Shown here piece after piece: positions 24,500 through 36,590 of a DNA stretch of 64,000 nucleotides. This stretch comes from Macrostomum lignano (Eukaryota). Under the pieces are notes generated by a model that made no database searches, was not told where the DNA came from, and worked only from the letters and a program-made list of their open reading frames with translations. Location of the stretch: assembly GCA_002269645.1 (NCBI GenBank), contig NIVC01000359.1, forward strand, positions 404,356 to 468,355, written 5' to 3'. The position numbers were made by a program, and so were the translations under genes. The first letter of the stretch is position 1. Every line of letters starts with the position of its first letter.

Positions 24500-24680
24500 T
24501 AATCATGAAGGGATGTACTTAATGACCTTGAAGGGGTACTCAGCTACTATGAAGGTGTACTCAATCATCATGAAGATGTACTTGTTTATCATGAAGGGTA
24601 CTCAATGATCATGAAGAGGGAGTCAATGATCATGAAGGGTACTCAATGATCATGAAGGGGCACTCAATGATCATGAAGGG
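24500..24680. repeat. Short intronic minisatellite, 20-bp unit (tcaatgatcatgaagggtac)
   Basis: Degenerate periodicity next to the donor at 24706. Confidence 0.8.
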
Positions 24681-24706
24681 ACGAAACAGGATGCGTTAGA
24701 ACTCAC

Positions 24707-25384
24707 CATGTAGGCGGCGGACACCTCTTCCTGAGCCCGCATATAGTCCTCATAGTCGGCCAGGAGCATGAAGCGATCGTGGTTCACCAAATTGTTGTAA
24801 ATTTCTTGAAACAAAGCAGGATTCTCCGGCGAGAAAGCGCCATCCCGGATCATGTCCAGGCAGCGGCGCAGCTCGCCATTCTTCTCGTAGTACTCACGCG
24901 GTTTATAGCCGCGCTGGCCTAGCTCCTTGACTTGATCAACTGACATGCCGAATACGAACATATTCTCGCGGCCCATCTCTTCGCACATTTCAACATTGGC
25001 GCCGTCCATTGTGCCAATAGTCAGGGCTCCGTTTAGCATGAATTTCATGTTGCCGGTGCCAGAAGCCTCGGTGCCGGCCGTGCTAATCTGCTGGGACAGA
25101 TCGGCTGCCGGGAAGATCTTCTCGGCCAGACTGACTCGATAGTTTTCTAGGTATACAACCCGAAGTCGCTTGCCAACAATGGGATCGTTGTTGACGACCC
25201 GGCCGACCGAATTGATGAGCTTGATGATCAGCTTGGCCATGTGGTAGCCTGGAGCGGCCTTGCCGCCGATCATGACAGTCCTGGGCGCGTGCTTGCCCTG
25301 CGGATTGTCTCTGATGCGATTGTACTGCGTGATCACGTACAGGCAGTTGAGCAGCTGGCGCTTGTACTCGTGAATGCGCTTCAC
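24707..25384 (-). CDS. PYG: Glycogen phosphorylase, coding exon 4 (PLP-binding lysine)
   Basis: [13 protein letters not shown]; [14 protein letters not shown]; acceptor ttcgcag|GTG; donor ATG|gtgagt. Confidence 0.97.
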
Positions 25385-25449
25385 CTGCGAATTAAGGGCG
25401 GCGGATGAGGCATCAAATGCTGCTGAGATTCTCAAGGGTTTCAAGGGAA

Positions 25450-25830
25450 TTTCCAGGATCAACTATGGCTTCTACGGGAATTTCTATGATTGATTATGGC
25501 TTCATGGATATTTCTATGATCGATTATGGGGTTATGGCTTCATGGATATTTCTATGATTGATTATGGCTTCTACGGGAATTTCTATGATTGATTATGGCT
25601 TCTATGGGAATTTCTATGATTGATTATGGCTTCTACGGGAATTTCTATGATTGATTATGGCTTCTACGGGAATTTCTATGATTGATTATGGCTTCTACGG
25701 GAATTTCTATGATTGATTATGGCTTCTATGGGAATTTCTATGATTGATTATGGCTTCATGGATATTTCTGGGATCGACTAGGGCTTTAGTGGAATTTCTG
25801 GGATCCACTAGGGCTTCAGGGAAATTGGTG
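25450..25830. repeat. Intronic minisatellite, 31-bp unit (tgattatggcttctacgggaatttctatgat)
   Basis: Direct periodicity. Confidence 0.92.
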
Positions 25831-25973
25831 AGATAAGCTAAAACTTCAGCGTTCTCAGGAGATTGGTTTCCAAGTTTCCAATTGTTTTGTCTATAAATAA
25901 CAAGATTTATAGAACAGGGAACTTGAGCACATTGAGAACAAATGGCGGCTATAAGATTATAAGTAAAACAAAC

Positions 25974-26976
25974 CTGTATGTCAAACATGCTCGAAGGGTC
26001 GACCTTGATCTTGAACTCGCGGTCAATATATTCGGCAAACTTGCGCTTATTCTGATCCTTAACCTTCATTAGTTCGCGCAAGAAATTCTGATCATTTTGC
26101 AGCGACTCCAGGCCGCGCAGTTTGAACAGATCGGTGACCCAGTCGAATCCAATCTTCTCAGTGATAAGCTCAGATAGGTTGGGGTTGCACAGCAGTAGCC
26201 AACGCCTAGGCGTGATTCCGTTAGTCTTGTTCTGAAACTTCTCTGGCCACATGGCGTAGAAATCGCGGAACACGTCAGATTTGATGAGCTCAGAGTGGAT
26301 CCGGGCAACGCCATTCACAGCGTGGCTGCCAACCACGCACAGGTAGGCCATGTTGATGCGCTTGTCGCCGTCCTCCTCAACTAGGCTCATCCGGCGAACG
26401 CGGTCCATGTCGCCGGGGAATTTTTCCAGCACAAGATGGATGAAGCGCTGGTTGATATCGTAGATAATCTCCAGGTGACGGGGCAGGCAGTACTGCAGGG
26501 TGGCAACTGGCCAGCGCTCCAGAGCCTCGGGCAGGATAGTGTGATTAGTATAGGCGAAGGTCTTCACGCAGATGTCCCAGGCCTCCTCCCATTTCAGGCC
26601 TTCAATGTCAACAAGCACCCGCATGAGCTCGGGTATGGCCAGGCTGGGATGCGTGTCATTCAGCTGGATGGCCACCTTGTCCGGGAAGGCGGTAAAGTCC
26701 GTGCGCACGTGAGCGGTTGAGCCAAATTTCGAGGCCTTGAATCGGCGAATGATGTCCTGCAGGGTGGAGGCGACTAAGAAGTACTCCTGTTTGAGACGGA
26801 GCTCCTTGCCTTCGAAGAAGTTATCGTTTGGATAGAGCACTCGGCTGATGTTCTCGGCTTCGTTGCGGTCGCACACGGCCGAGATGTACTCACCGGAGTT
26901 AAATGAGTGCAGATTGAAGCTCTGCGGAGCTTTGGCTGTCCACAGGCGCAGCGTGTTGCAGTTGTTATTGCCGTAG
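25974..26976 (-). CDS. PYG: Glycogen phosphorylase, coding exon 3
   Basis: Acceptor cccctcccag|C in phase 2; [20 protein letters not shown]; IQLNDTHP; [11 protein letters not shown]; donor CAG|gtttgt. Confidence 0.97.
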
Positions 26977-27094
26977 CTGGGAGGGGTGGAGGGCATTTAT
27001 TATTAGCCAATCAGTTTTTATCACCAAGGATTTCTAAAGTATTCAGATTTTACTTAGGGAGTCAATGGGTTTTTTGTTAGTCAATGTACTGAGG

Positions 27095-28365
27095 GAATTT
27101 ATCAGATATAGTCAAGGAACCAAGGGGAATTTATCAGATATAGTCAAGGAACCAAGGGGAATTTATCAGATATAGTCAAGGAACCAAGGGGAATTGATCA
27201 GATATAGTCAAGGAACCAAGGGGAATTGATCAGATATAGTCAAGGAACCAAGGGGAATTGATCAGATATAGTCAAGGAACCAAGGGGAATTAATCAGATA
27301 TAGTCAAAAGGAACCGAGGGGAATTGATCAGATATTGTCAAGGAACCAAGGGGAATTAATCAGATATAGTCAAAAGGAACCGAGGGGAATTGATCAGATA
27401 TAGTCAAGGAACCAAGGGGAATTGATCAGATATAGTCAAGGAACCAAGGGGAATTGATCAGATATAGTCAAAAGGAACCAAGGGGAATTGATCAGATATA
27501 GTCAAAAGGAACCAAGGGGAATTGATCAGATATAGTCAAAAGGAACCGAGGGGAATTGATCAGATATAGTCAAGGAACCAAGGGGAATTGATCAGATATA
27601 GTCAAGGAACCAAGGGGAATTGATCAGATATAGTCAAGGAACCAAGGGGAATTAATCAGATATAGTCAAAAGGAACCGAGGGGAATTGATCAGATATAGT
27701 CAAGGAACCAAGGGGAATTGATCAGATATAGTCAAAAGGAACCGAGGGGAATTGATCAGATATAGTCAAGGAACCAAGGGGAATTGATCAGATATAGTCA
27801 AGGAACCAAGGGGAATTGATCAGATATAGTCAAAAGGAACCAAGGGGAATTGATCAGATATAGTCAAAAGGAACCAAGGGGAATTGATCAGATATAGTCA
27901 AAAGGAACCGAGGGGAATTGATCAGATATAGTCAAGGAACCAAGGGGAATTGATCAGATATAGTCAAGGAACCAAGGGGAATTGATCAGATATAGTCAAG
28001 GAACCAAGGGGAATTGATCAGATATAGTCAAAAGGAACCAAGGGGAATTGATCAGATATAGTCAAGGAACCAAGGGGAATTGATCAGATATAGTCAAGGA
28101 ACCAAGGGGAATTGATCAGATATAGTCAAGGAACCAAGGGGAATTGATCAGATATAGTCAAGGAACCAAGGGGAATTGATCAGATATAGTCAAGGAACCG
28201 AGGGGAATTGATCAGATATAGTCAAGGAACCAAGGGGAATTGATCAGATATAGTCAAGGAACCGAGGGGAATCGATCAGATATAGTCAAGGAACCAAGGG
28301 GAATTGATCAGATATAGTCAAGGAACCAAGGGGAATTGATCAGATATAGTCAAGGAACTGGGGGG
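27095..28365. repeat. Intronic minisatellite, 32/34-bp units (gatcagatatagtcaaggaaccaaggggaatt)
   Basis: Direct periodicity, about 39 copies. Confidence 0.97.
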
Positions 28366-28438
28366 GAATTTATGCGTGTTTTAACGCATCAATCTGCACC
28401 AGAATGAGTAAATAAAACAAGCAGGGTTCCAAACTCAC

Positions 28439-28896
28439 CCAGGCACAGGCGTATCGTAGGGCATAGCAAAGATGACCTGGGTGTCCACCCACTTCTTGGC
28501 ACCGTTGCGCGCAGTCTCCACTCGGCCATAGAAATTCACAGGCAGCAGGTACTCAGGCCGGGCCTTCTCCCACGGATTTCCGAATCTCAGCCAGTCGTCT
28601 GGCTCTTCGACTTGCCAACCGTCGGCAATCTTCTGCTGGAAGATGCCATAGTCGTAGCGAATGCCATAGCCATAGGCGGCCAGGCCCAAGGTGGCCATGG
28701 AGTCCAGGAAGCAGGCGGCCAGCCGGCCGAGACCGCCATTGCCCAGCCCGGCGTCCTCTTCAATCTCTTCGAGTTCCTCGAGCTCGAGGCCCAGTTGATA
28801 GAGCGACTCGTCAATGGCCTGGGTCAGGCCCAGATTAGTCATGGTGTTGGTCAGGGTGCGGCCCATGTAGAACTCCATGGACAGGTAGTAGATGCG
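28439..28896 (-). CDS. PYG: Glycogen phosphorylase, coding exon 2
   Basis: Acceptor ccttaatcag|CGC; [13 protein letters not shown]; [19 protein letters not shown]; donor GG|gtgagt in phase 2. Confidence 0.97.
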
Positions 28897-31131
28897 CTGA
28901 TTAAGGGGGAAGGAAGAGTTTTTAGCTGTTACATTTTTTTAGAATTAATTACCTTTTTAATAAAGTCACCATTTATATAGACTTTCCCTAGGGTAGAGCT
29001 TTAATCTGCTAGCCAATCTAGGCACTAGCTAGTATGAATTGTGGTAGACCAAGATTAAATGACAAAGTTAATAACTTTTTGGACCCAATTTTTGATATGA
29101 CTATACAGATATGACATAATAGCTTCCTACTCTAGTGTTGTAAGTAGGCACTTCAGTGAGAAAATTAAATTTCAGAAATTGTTATAGGCTGCTATTTCAC
29201 TAGATAGATCTTACTTTCCCATTTCCAAAATGGCCAAACTTTAGTGATTTGGTTGAGTAATAAGGAAACTACAGCTATTTTAGTAACCCCGATTTGTGCC
29301 TTTAGCCAATGGAATTTTTACATTACGGTTTGTGATCATTTTTGGCCAAAAAGTTGGCTTTTTGTCTTTGAACACTTGTAATTAATTTTCTAGCCAACCA
29401 AAATGACTGTGCTTGGTGTCATTTTGTTCAGTTTTTTAGTGTTAATTGTATGAATTATATATTTTAATATTATTTTATATGCCCAAGTTGCTAAGCTAAT
29501 TGAAACAGGATGGGTGTATGAAATTTTGACTATTTTAACCAGATACGCAATGATTGCAATTTTAAAAATACAATAGCATCTGTTCTGCTTGCTTAATTTA
29601 TACAAGGCTAGTGTCATTTTGTTCAGGTTTTTACCTACTATAATACTATTCTACTTCTTGCCCTAAATTTTTAATGCATGACAGACACCCCAACTGCAAT
29701 GTAATGTGCTGTACAGGCTTTGCGCATGGGTTTATTAAAAAACGGTTTTGCCTATCGTGTTCAGCATAGCAGAATTAGTTAAATGACACAGAGAACTAGT
29801 TTGCCGGAAGGCAGAGTCTCACAAAAAACACGAAATACACGTTTCAATGGGTATTTTACATGTAAACGTATCAAAAAAAGAAACCTCCACAAAATTTTTG
29901 CGCCTATAGCTATTGGCAAGCGGTTTTTTTTACTGTGCTTGTATTGTCAATAGGTAATGAAAAATATAAAGAGAAACAATGCAGGAAAAGGATTTCATGG
30001 AAAATTTTGGATTTGAAATTTTGCATAGAGCCATATGGGCATTAAAAGAAAAAAAAATTTTTTTTAACACCAGAAAAATGTTTCTAAATTATCCCTTTAC
30101 ACTATAAAACCTTTGTTTCCATTATAAGAAACACATTGCAGCTAAGAAAAAGCATTTTCTGAACCACTGTTTTTTTATTCATTTTGGCTTCAATTTTATA
30201 TTCCTCCTAAAAAATGGTCAACTTTAAAAATAGACAGTGCAAAAAGTATAACAAAGCTAGACTTGCAGTTGGTGTCATTTGAAAGAGCTCCTTTTTACCT
30301 TTTAAATGCATATTTTACTTTCATCCTGGCTTCTATAGTTTCTTTAAAATCGCCCTTGAAAAATTGGACTTTTTTCTTACTTTTTTGCCATTGGCACGCA
30401 CTTCTTATAACTCACTGAAGTCCCTATTGTAAGTGCTTAATTGTCTATTCAATTTATCATTGTCTTCTAAAAATAAATGGGAACTAATATAGAACTTACT
30501 AGAAAAAAAGTAAGTAAAAAAGCAAACTAAGAAAAAAATATATAGAAAAAACTAATGCTCAGGACTTCTAGTGAGGGTTTCATGACTTTATTATGTGAAT
30601 GGAAGGCAACTTTGAGGAAAAGTAGGTTTTTTGCAAATGCATAACTTTGCAATATAGTTATACAGATAGAATAGCAAATACAAACTAGAAAAAGAAAAGA
30701 ATATTTTGTCAAATAAAAAACCTTTCAAAACATTTATCTAGCTTTCACTGGGATAATAACAAACTAGGTTATCTTTTTTATAGGAATTGGCCTTTAAAAA
30801 ACAGTGATACTTTCAAAAAGTGCTTTTATATTTTAAAACTTTAAAAAATTGGTGAGTTCTAGTATAAAAGTCAATATAAAATACAAAGTCAGTATAATAA
30901 ATGATTTTTTTAAATCTTCAAATAATCTTTTGCTTTTTAGATACACTTGACATTTTTGATAAATTATATTGACTGTATTTTTTTCAACAGGCTAGCTTTG
31001 ATGTCCCAAATTGAGAAACAACTTTTAACATGCTAAATCATGTCTATTATAAGAAAAAGGGAAATTAAAAGCAAAAGTTATAGTTAAAAGTGGCAACCTT
31101 TTTTGAGGTATAGTTTGTTATATTCATACAT

Positions 31132-31286
31132 GCACAACCTTTGGAATCACCCAGCCATTTCTATTGGCAACACATACATGTAAGTTGCTATTGGCCAAGA
31201 GCAGTCATGTGACTATTATTCTGTCTAATAGCAACTTACATGTATGTGTTACCAATAGAAATGGCTGAGTGAATCCCTAGGTTGCG
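31132..31286. mobile_element. 155-bp fold-back / MITE-like inverted repeat
   Basis: Arms of about 60 bp: cagccatttctattggcaacacatacatgtaagttgctatt versus aatagcaacttacatgtatgtgttaccaatagaaatggctg; no TSD identified. Confidence 0.65.
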
Positions 31287-31420
31287 CTTAAGCATAGTTA
31301 TATTTCAAAAATATATGCCAAAAATAATAGTAAAGCCTTAGGATAGACCTATATAGCCTGAGTATGAACTAATTTAATGATAAATTTGGCAGTAGAAATT
31401 TTCCATAAAAATGGCAAAAG

Positions 31421-31860
31421 CATAGGGACTATCAACTTAAGCTCATAAAGTGGAACCCAGGTAACCTAAATACACAAAAAAGTGATACATCATTTTGCTC
31501 ATAGTTGCAGTGATACAACAAAGCTAGGTTTGACAAAAAGAAATGAAAATTAGACTTGGAATAGGTGAAACAAGCAAGGAGATATTTAGGGACTTTTTAT
31601 GTCAACTTAAGCTAATAAAAGAGTCCCTAATTATCCCCTTGCTTGTTTCACCTATTCCAAGTCCAATTTCAATTCCTTTTTTGTCAAACCTAGCTTCTTG
31701 GTATCACAACAACTATGAGCAAAATTTTATAGTTGTTGATATTTTTTATTTCATATATCATTTGAAATAATATCATTTTAAATGATATTAAAAAGTATTT
31801 GATTTTTATACCTAGGATACTTAGGCTCCACTTTATGAACTTAAGTTGATAAGCCCTTTG
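31421..31860. mobile_element. 440-bp fold-back element (long imperfect palindrome)
   Basis: Nested complementary blocks: tatcaacttaagctcataaagtgga / tccactttatgaacttaagttgata; agctaggtttgacaaaaa / tttttgtcaaacctagct; ttggaataggtgaaacaagcaagg / ccttgcttgtttcacctattccaa; loop near 31600. Confidence 0.7.
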
Positions 31861-32501
31861 TGATAGTCTAATCAAATTTGATAAAAATAAAGAAAGAACA
31901 ATTATATATTGACCCTAGCCTAATCTTACTAATTCTTTTAATACTATTATATTATTAGATTATTATTAGTTAATAGTACATATTAGGCCTAAACTTTTTT
32001 TTATTCAATTTTGTTATCTATTATTTCTTATGTTGCTTTACAAATATGCTTTCTAAGAAATGTTCATTTATTTTTATATATATGAATTTTAATTTATTTT
32101 ATCTGCATATATACAAATATACCAATTGAATCCAGGTAAACTTATCAACTTTTTATTCATAAACTATGAGTATGTTGACAAGTTTACCACAGTTTGCACA
32201 GTGTATAACTAATGTGTAGTATAATGAAGTGTATAGAAGTAAAAGATGCAAACAAAAGCAAAATCAATAAAGTTTAAATTTATATGTGTATAAAAAAATA
32301 ATATTTAACATTTTTTGTTAAATTAAAATAAGTGAAACTGATTGACATTGAAATTTATTATGATTAATGGGATCCTAACCACAGACTAATTGCTGTCACC
32401 CCCCTAGTTGTTGACATGAAAGATTATTGGTTTCATTGTTTTCTTAATTTTATTGTATCTTGTATTCTATCATATTTGTACATTGCAGACTGCTAGGTAG
32501 T

Positions 32502-32864
32502 TTTTTTATTAGAGGCAGGGGGGTTGTGTGCACCCTGGCGCACTTTAAGCGACATAGGCACACAACCGGCGAGAGGCATTACTGCCCATTCTGCCGACAC
32601 CCCTGAGCAGGCATACAAGTGCGCGGATACGTACGCAGGCACACACTCACACAGGAGTGTACAGCGGCCCTAATTTTATATTATCGTTAGGCATGTACAC
32701 TTCACTGTGCCTTGGGGGGGTTGGCTCTCAAGGCCGTTAATTGCATGAGCAAAGCCAAGCCAAGATTCCAATTCAGCCCCAAATTAATGTGACTGCACTT
32801 GGAATCGAGCCTAGGTCGCTGGCACACTAGAGCAGCTGCGCTACTGCTAGGCTACGGCCCCCCT
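32502..32864 (-). mobile_element. Full-length tRNA-derived SINE with A-rich tail and 14-bp target-site duplication
   Basis: Minus-strand head GGGGCCGTAGCCTAGCAGTAG (box A) and GGCTCGATTCC (box B, 32811-32801); tail ctaataaaaaa; gactgctaggtagt at both 32488-32501 and 32865-32878. Confidence 0.85.
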
Positions 32865-34480
32865 GACTGCTAGGTAGTGTGCACTATTATCTTTTTTCTG
32901 TCAATTTGGCAGACATTTTAGCAATAGAAGATCCAATGATCTGGCAACAGTAAAGTAAGGTCCTATGCCTAAAAACTAGCATTATAATGATATGGCTTGG
33001 TTCATTGGTTTTATGAATCTATTTTGTGTCTGTCTATTGAAACAGCTGTATATACTATATAATGCTAACAAATTTATAAACAAATAACAAATATAACAAA
33101 TATATTTGAAAATTTCTATTAAAAGATTGATATATTTAGAAAAATAAATCAAACTAATTTTAATGGGTTTTTTCAGTGTAGATTATTTTGAATTGTCCTA
33201 GAATAATTACACATTTAAACTATAAACCTATATAGAATCTTTATTCCTCATGAAATGATAACCACATAAAAAGCAAAGATATTCAATAGACATTAAATTT
33301 GGATTGGAAAACATAAATTCAAAATACTGTAACTCTGTAATTATAAATATAAACAAAATAAAGCAACACTTAGGGCCTAACCATTTCAGAATATTATAAA
33401 ATTTTAAGTTTAATATCCTTTAAGATTTGCAAGGTAATTTTCTATTTAAAACAAAATGGCTATTACTAAAAGGGCTAAGGAAAAATTAAAAAATTGCACC
33501 TTGAAATTGAGAAGTGGGTGCAGTTTAAATGCAATTTCATAACCTATTTTTCCTTTAAAGCCTTATTTGCATTGCCTTTATTGCTTTAAATAATAAAAAA
33601 AGAAATTGCACTTTGAGCTTTAAACTTGCACCCTGAAAGTGAGCATAAAGTGCAATTTTCTAACTCTAGCAAGAAATAGCAAGAAAAAAAACCCTAGTAG
33701 AAATTGTCTGCATCCATATTGCCACTATAGGGCCTATTTATTATAATATTATTTTATAAATATCTTTACTTAAATTATTTATAACTTTTATAATAGTAGA
33801 TAAAATATACTATAATTAAATAGTATAATAGGCAATAACATACTACTTAATATTGACTGGTCTACTTGAAAATTTTTGTTACTACTTGACTCAAGAAGTG
33901 GCACAACCAGGGGGTGTTGGTAGTCGCCTCACACTTTGGATCATGTAGTATATGCCCAAAAATTCAGGCCTTGCACACCAAAATTAGGCGTGCACAGTTG
34001 GCGTGCATCGCTCCTGAGAAGATAGTATGCATGCACACCTGGTATGCACTTTATAAAATTACATGTAAGAGTTATTGTGAAGTAGAAAAAAGATGAAAAA
34101 GTTCATTTTTAAGCTCAAATTTCAAGCTTTCCAGTTTTTTTCAAGCTTGTAAAAGGGCATTTAAACAAATCTTTGCATGTATAAATTTTTTTGCTATAAA
34201 TAGTATTGCCAAAAAAGCATAAAAAGCAACCAAATTACCTGGTAATAAGGGTCTATTACACAATTTAAGTCGCCCCCCTCCTAGGTGGAGACCAGAAAAA
34301 AATCAAAGGCGGGTTGCAAGCGAATTTTCGCCAAAATACAGAGCTGCATTCCCACCGCCCCTCCTTGGGTCCTTACCCTCCAGAATCCCCCAACAAATTT
34401 CTGGTTGCGCTACTGGACCCAAGCTTGGCTCGTAAAAAACCTAGGCAATTATAGACAACATAGACAACAATGAAATTTAC

Positions 34481-34723
34481 CTTAGGATCCTGATCATAGT
34501 AGAACTGCTGAGTTCTAATCCACCGACTGACAAGATGATCCCAAACGGTGTGGGCCAATGAAAGGTAAAAGTCTCTCGGTGTAGCAACATTGCGATCTTT
34601 AACCAACGTGAAATGAAGGTGTCGGTTGAATGTCTTCTTAATATTCGCTACATTTTCTACCTCAGCAATGCCACGTACACTTATGGCACCCTTTCTTTTA
34701 TCAGAGTCCGTCAGAGGGTTCAT
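34481..34723 (-). CDS. PYG: Glycogen phosphorylase, coding exon 1 (regulatory Ser site)
   Basis: [20 protein letters not shown]...[21 protein letters not shown]...QDPK|gtaaat; 243 nt; the five exons join to 2592 nt. Confidence 0.96.
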
Positions 34724-35551
34724 GACAATTAATAATCTGATAGTCGCCAAACAGGTCAAACGATAAAAAACAATTGCAAGCGACTGGGGTTAAGCCTTAA
34801 ATTTTCTATTATTCTGTTTGTTAAATGTGCGCGTTTTTAGTTTCCTTTGAACGTTTTAAACCCTAGAAAATTTAAAACAAAGTTTTCACACTTATGTAGA
34901 GTCGTTTAAAAATAAGGTACAATTAAGAAAAAATAATTTACGTGTTTATTTTACTAAAAATTAATTCTAAGTTTATCTTTAATACGATTAAGGGATGCTT
35001 TTCACGAAGATTTTACCCTCTAGGCCGGAAAATCAATTAGAAATGCAACGCATCAGTCGATCTACTACTGCTCTCTGTTTTTAGTATACTTTATTTGGTA
35101 TACTAAAACTGATTATGGGATAGGAAATAATCCTGTTGAAACACTTCAAATTCTAGAGTTTATTAAAAACGAGCAGAAGTAATCAATAAAAGACTCTACT
35201 GGTCGAGTAAATGTATGAGATGACCTTTATTAGCTTGCAGTATAAGCAATTTTAGACCGATCCACAGCTAACTTTCGGCGCTACCTGACCCGGTGGCCGC
35301 CTTTGGTAGAGATACTGTACACTGACAACTTGACACCGGCTATTTCTTTCGCCGGCTTCATTCGGAACAGTGCCCTACTAAAGGTGAAAGGGATTCTTGA
35401 AGCCCTCAATATATATAGGGTTCAAGGCCGCGCTTGTCAAGCTATCATGAGCGCGACTCCTTCTTACGCCTTTTGCTGGCATACTTATTCCTGGACTTTC
35501 CCCCGGCCTCTGTCAGAGGAGGCCCACCCCGCCGTCTCTCTCGGATCTCTA

Positions 35552-36590
35552 TTATTATTTTTTTAACAGACGCTGGCACAGCAGGGGTCCAGCGAAGCAC
35601 CCGCTTGTGGAAAACAGCTGAGTCCAGCCCAGTTGCAGACTGAGGGGTAAAGCCCAGAGCCTGCAAGTCAGTGAGAAAAGTGTCGGTCAGAGTGATGCAG
35701 CGCTCCTGGCCCCGGCGGCGTCTCCCACAAGGTCGCAGGTCGGCAAGCGGGGGCCCGGTGCCCCGTGTGTAGGCTCGCAGGCAGTGGCCGATCAACATCT
35801 GGCGTCGCCTCTGCAGGGTGCGGCCCAGGGGAGGCACGCGCGCGGGTCCGGGCCGCCAGCTCGGCGTTGCTCACGCGCTCGGGGAACCAGATGCCCAGGG
35901 CATTGCGCAGGAGGCAGGCCTCCAAGCTCGCCTCACGAGTGGCAGTCATGGGAACAGCTTCCAGCTCATATAGGTCAGCACCGTCTCAACTGCCGAGCGG
36001 AAGAGGGCGACCTTCAGGCTGTCGGTGGCGAGCCGGCAGTTGAAGATGGAGCGGAGAAGGTGGGAGGCCCGCCACGCCAGCTACTTGCGGCTGTTGACAA
36101 TGGCATCCGGGTCAGTGACCAGGACGCCCAGATACTTGAACTGGTTGCACGGTGCGATGGATTTGCCGTCCTGTCGAAGCAGCGGTGGAAATTTGGCAAT
36201 GCCAACATGCAGCACCTCTGTCTTGCCGTAGTTGATGTGGAGCCCCACGTGCTTTCCCGAATCGGCGCCCTCTGCGCAGCTTCGGGGTTGCAGCAGGTCA
36301 GCGCCAAGTTGTCGGCGTTGACACAGGGAAAGTGGGAGCTGCGGCGAGGCACCATTTTATAGCTGTCTTCGTCGCGCAGAGCCAGCCGCATGACGTAGTC
36401 GATCAGGATAACGAATAGAAACGGTGATAGGGTGTCACCTTGCAGGACCCCGGAGGTGGTGGCATATTCAGATGTAGGGCCGTGGTCAGTCTGGACAAAA
36501 GCCTTGGACGAGCTGTAGAAGTCCATGATCGCCTGAACCAGCAGCTGAGGAACTCCATGCTGCTGGATGCCAGGCAATGGCCGCCCGGCT
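35552..36590 (-). mobile_element. Degenerate 5'-truncated non-LTR retrotransposon (RTE-like RT and C-terminus)
   Basis: GVPQLLVQAIMDFY...GVLQGDTLSPFLFVILIDYVMR; YADD decayed to NADN; KYLG-like block; LLRNALGIWFPERVSNAEL; several frameshifts; possible aaaaaataataat tail. Confidence 0.85.

Noticed and set aside
27095-28365. Regular 28-43 bp arrays as CRISPR candidates (here and elsewhere)
   Set aside because: Units are head-to-tail without unique spacers, there are no cas genes, and the context is eukaryotic introns
32790-32863. tRNA gene
   Set aside because: No clean cloverleaf or terminator; it continues into a 290-bp body with a tail and TSD, so it is a SINE head
33490-33660. Degenerate inverted repeat (aaattgcac...gtgcaattt)
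   Set aside because: Arms match only patchily in very AT-rich DNA; an old MITE is possible but cannot be supported
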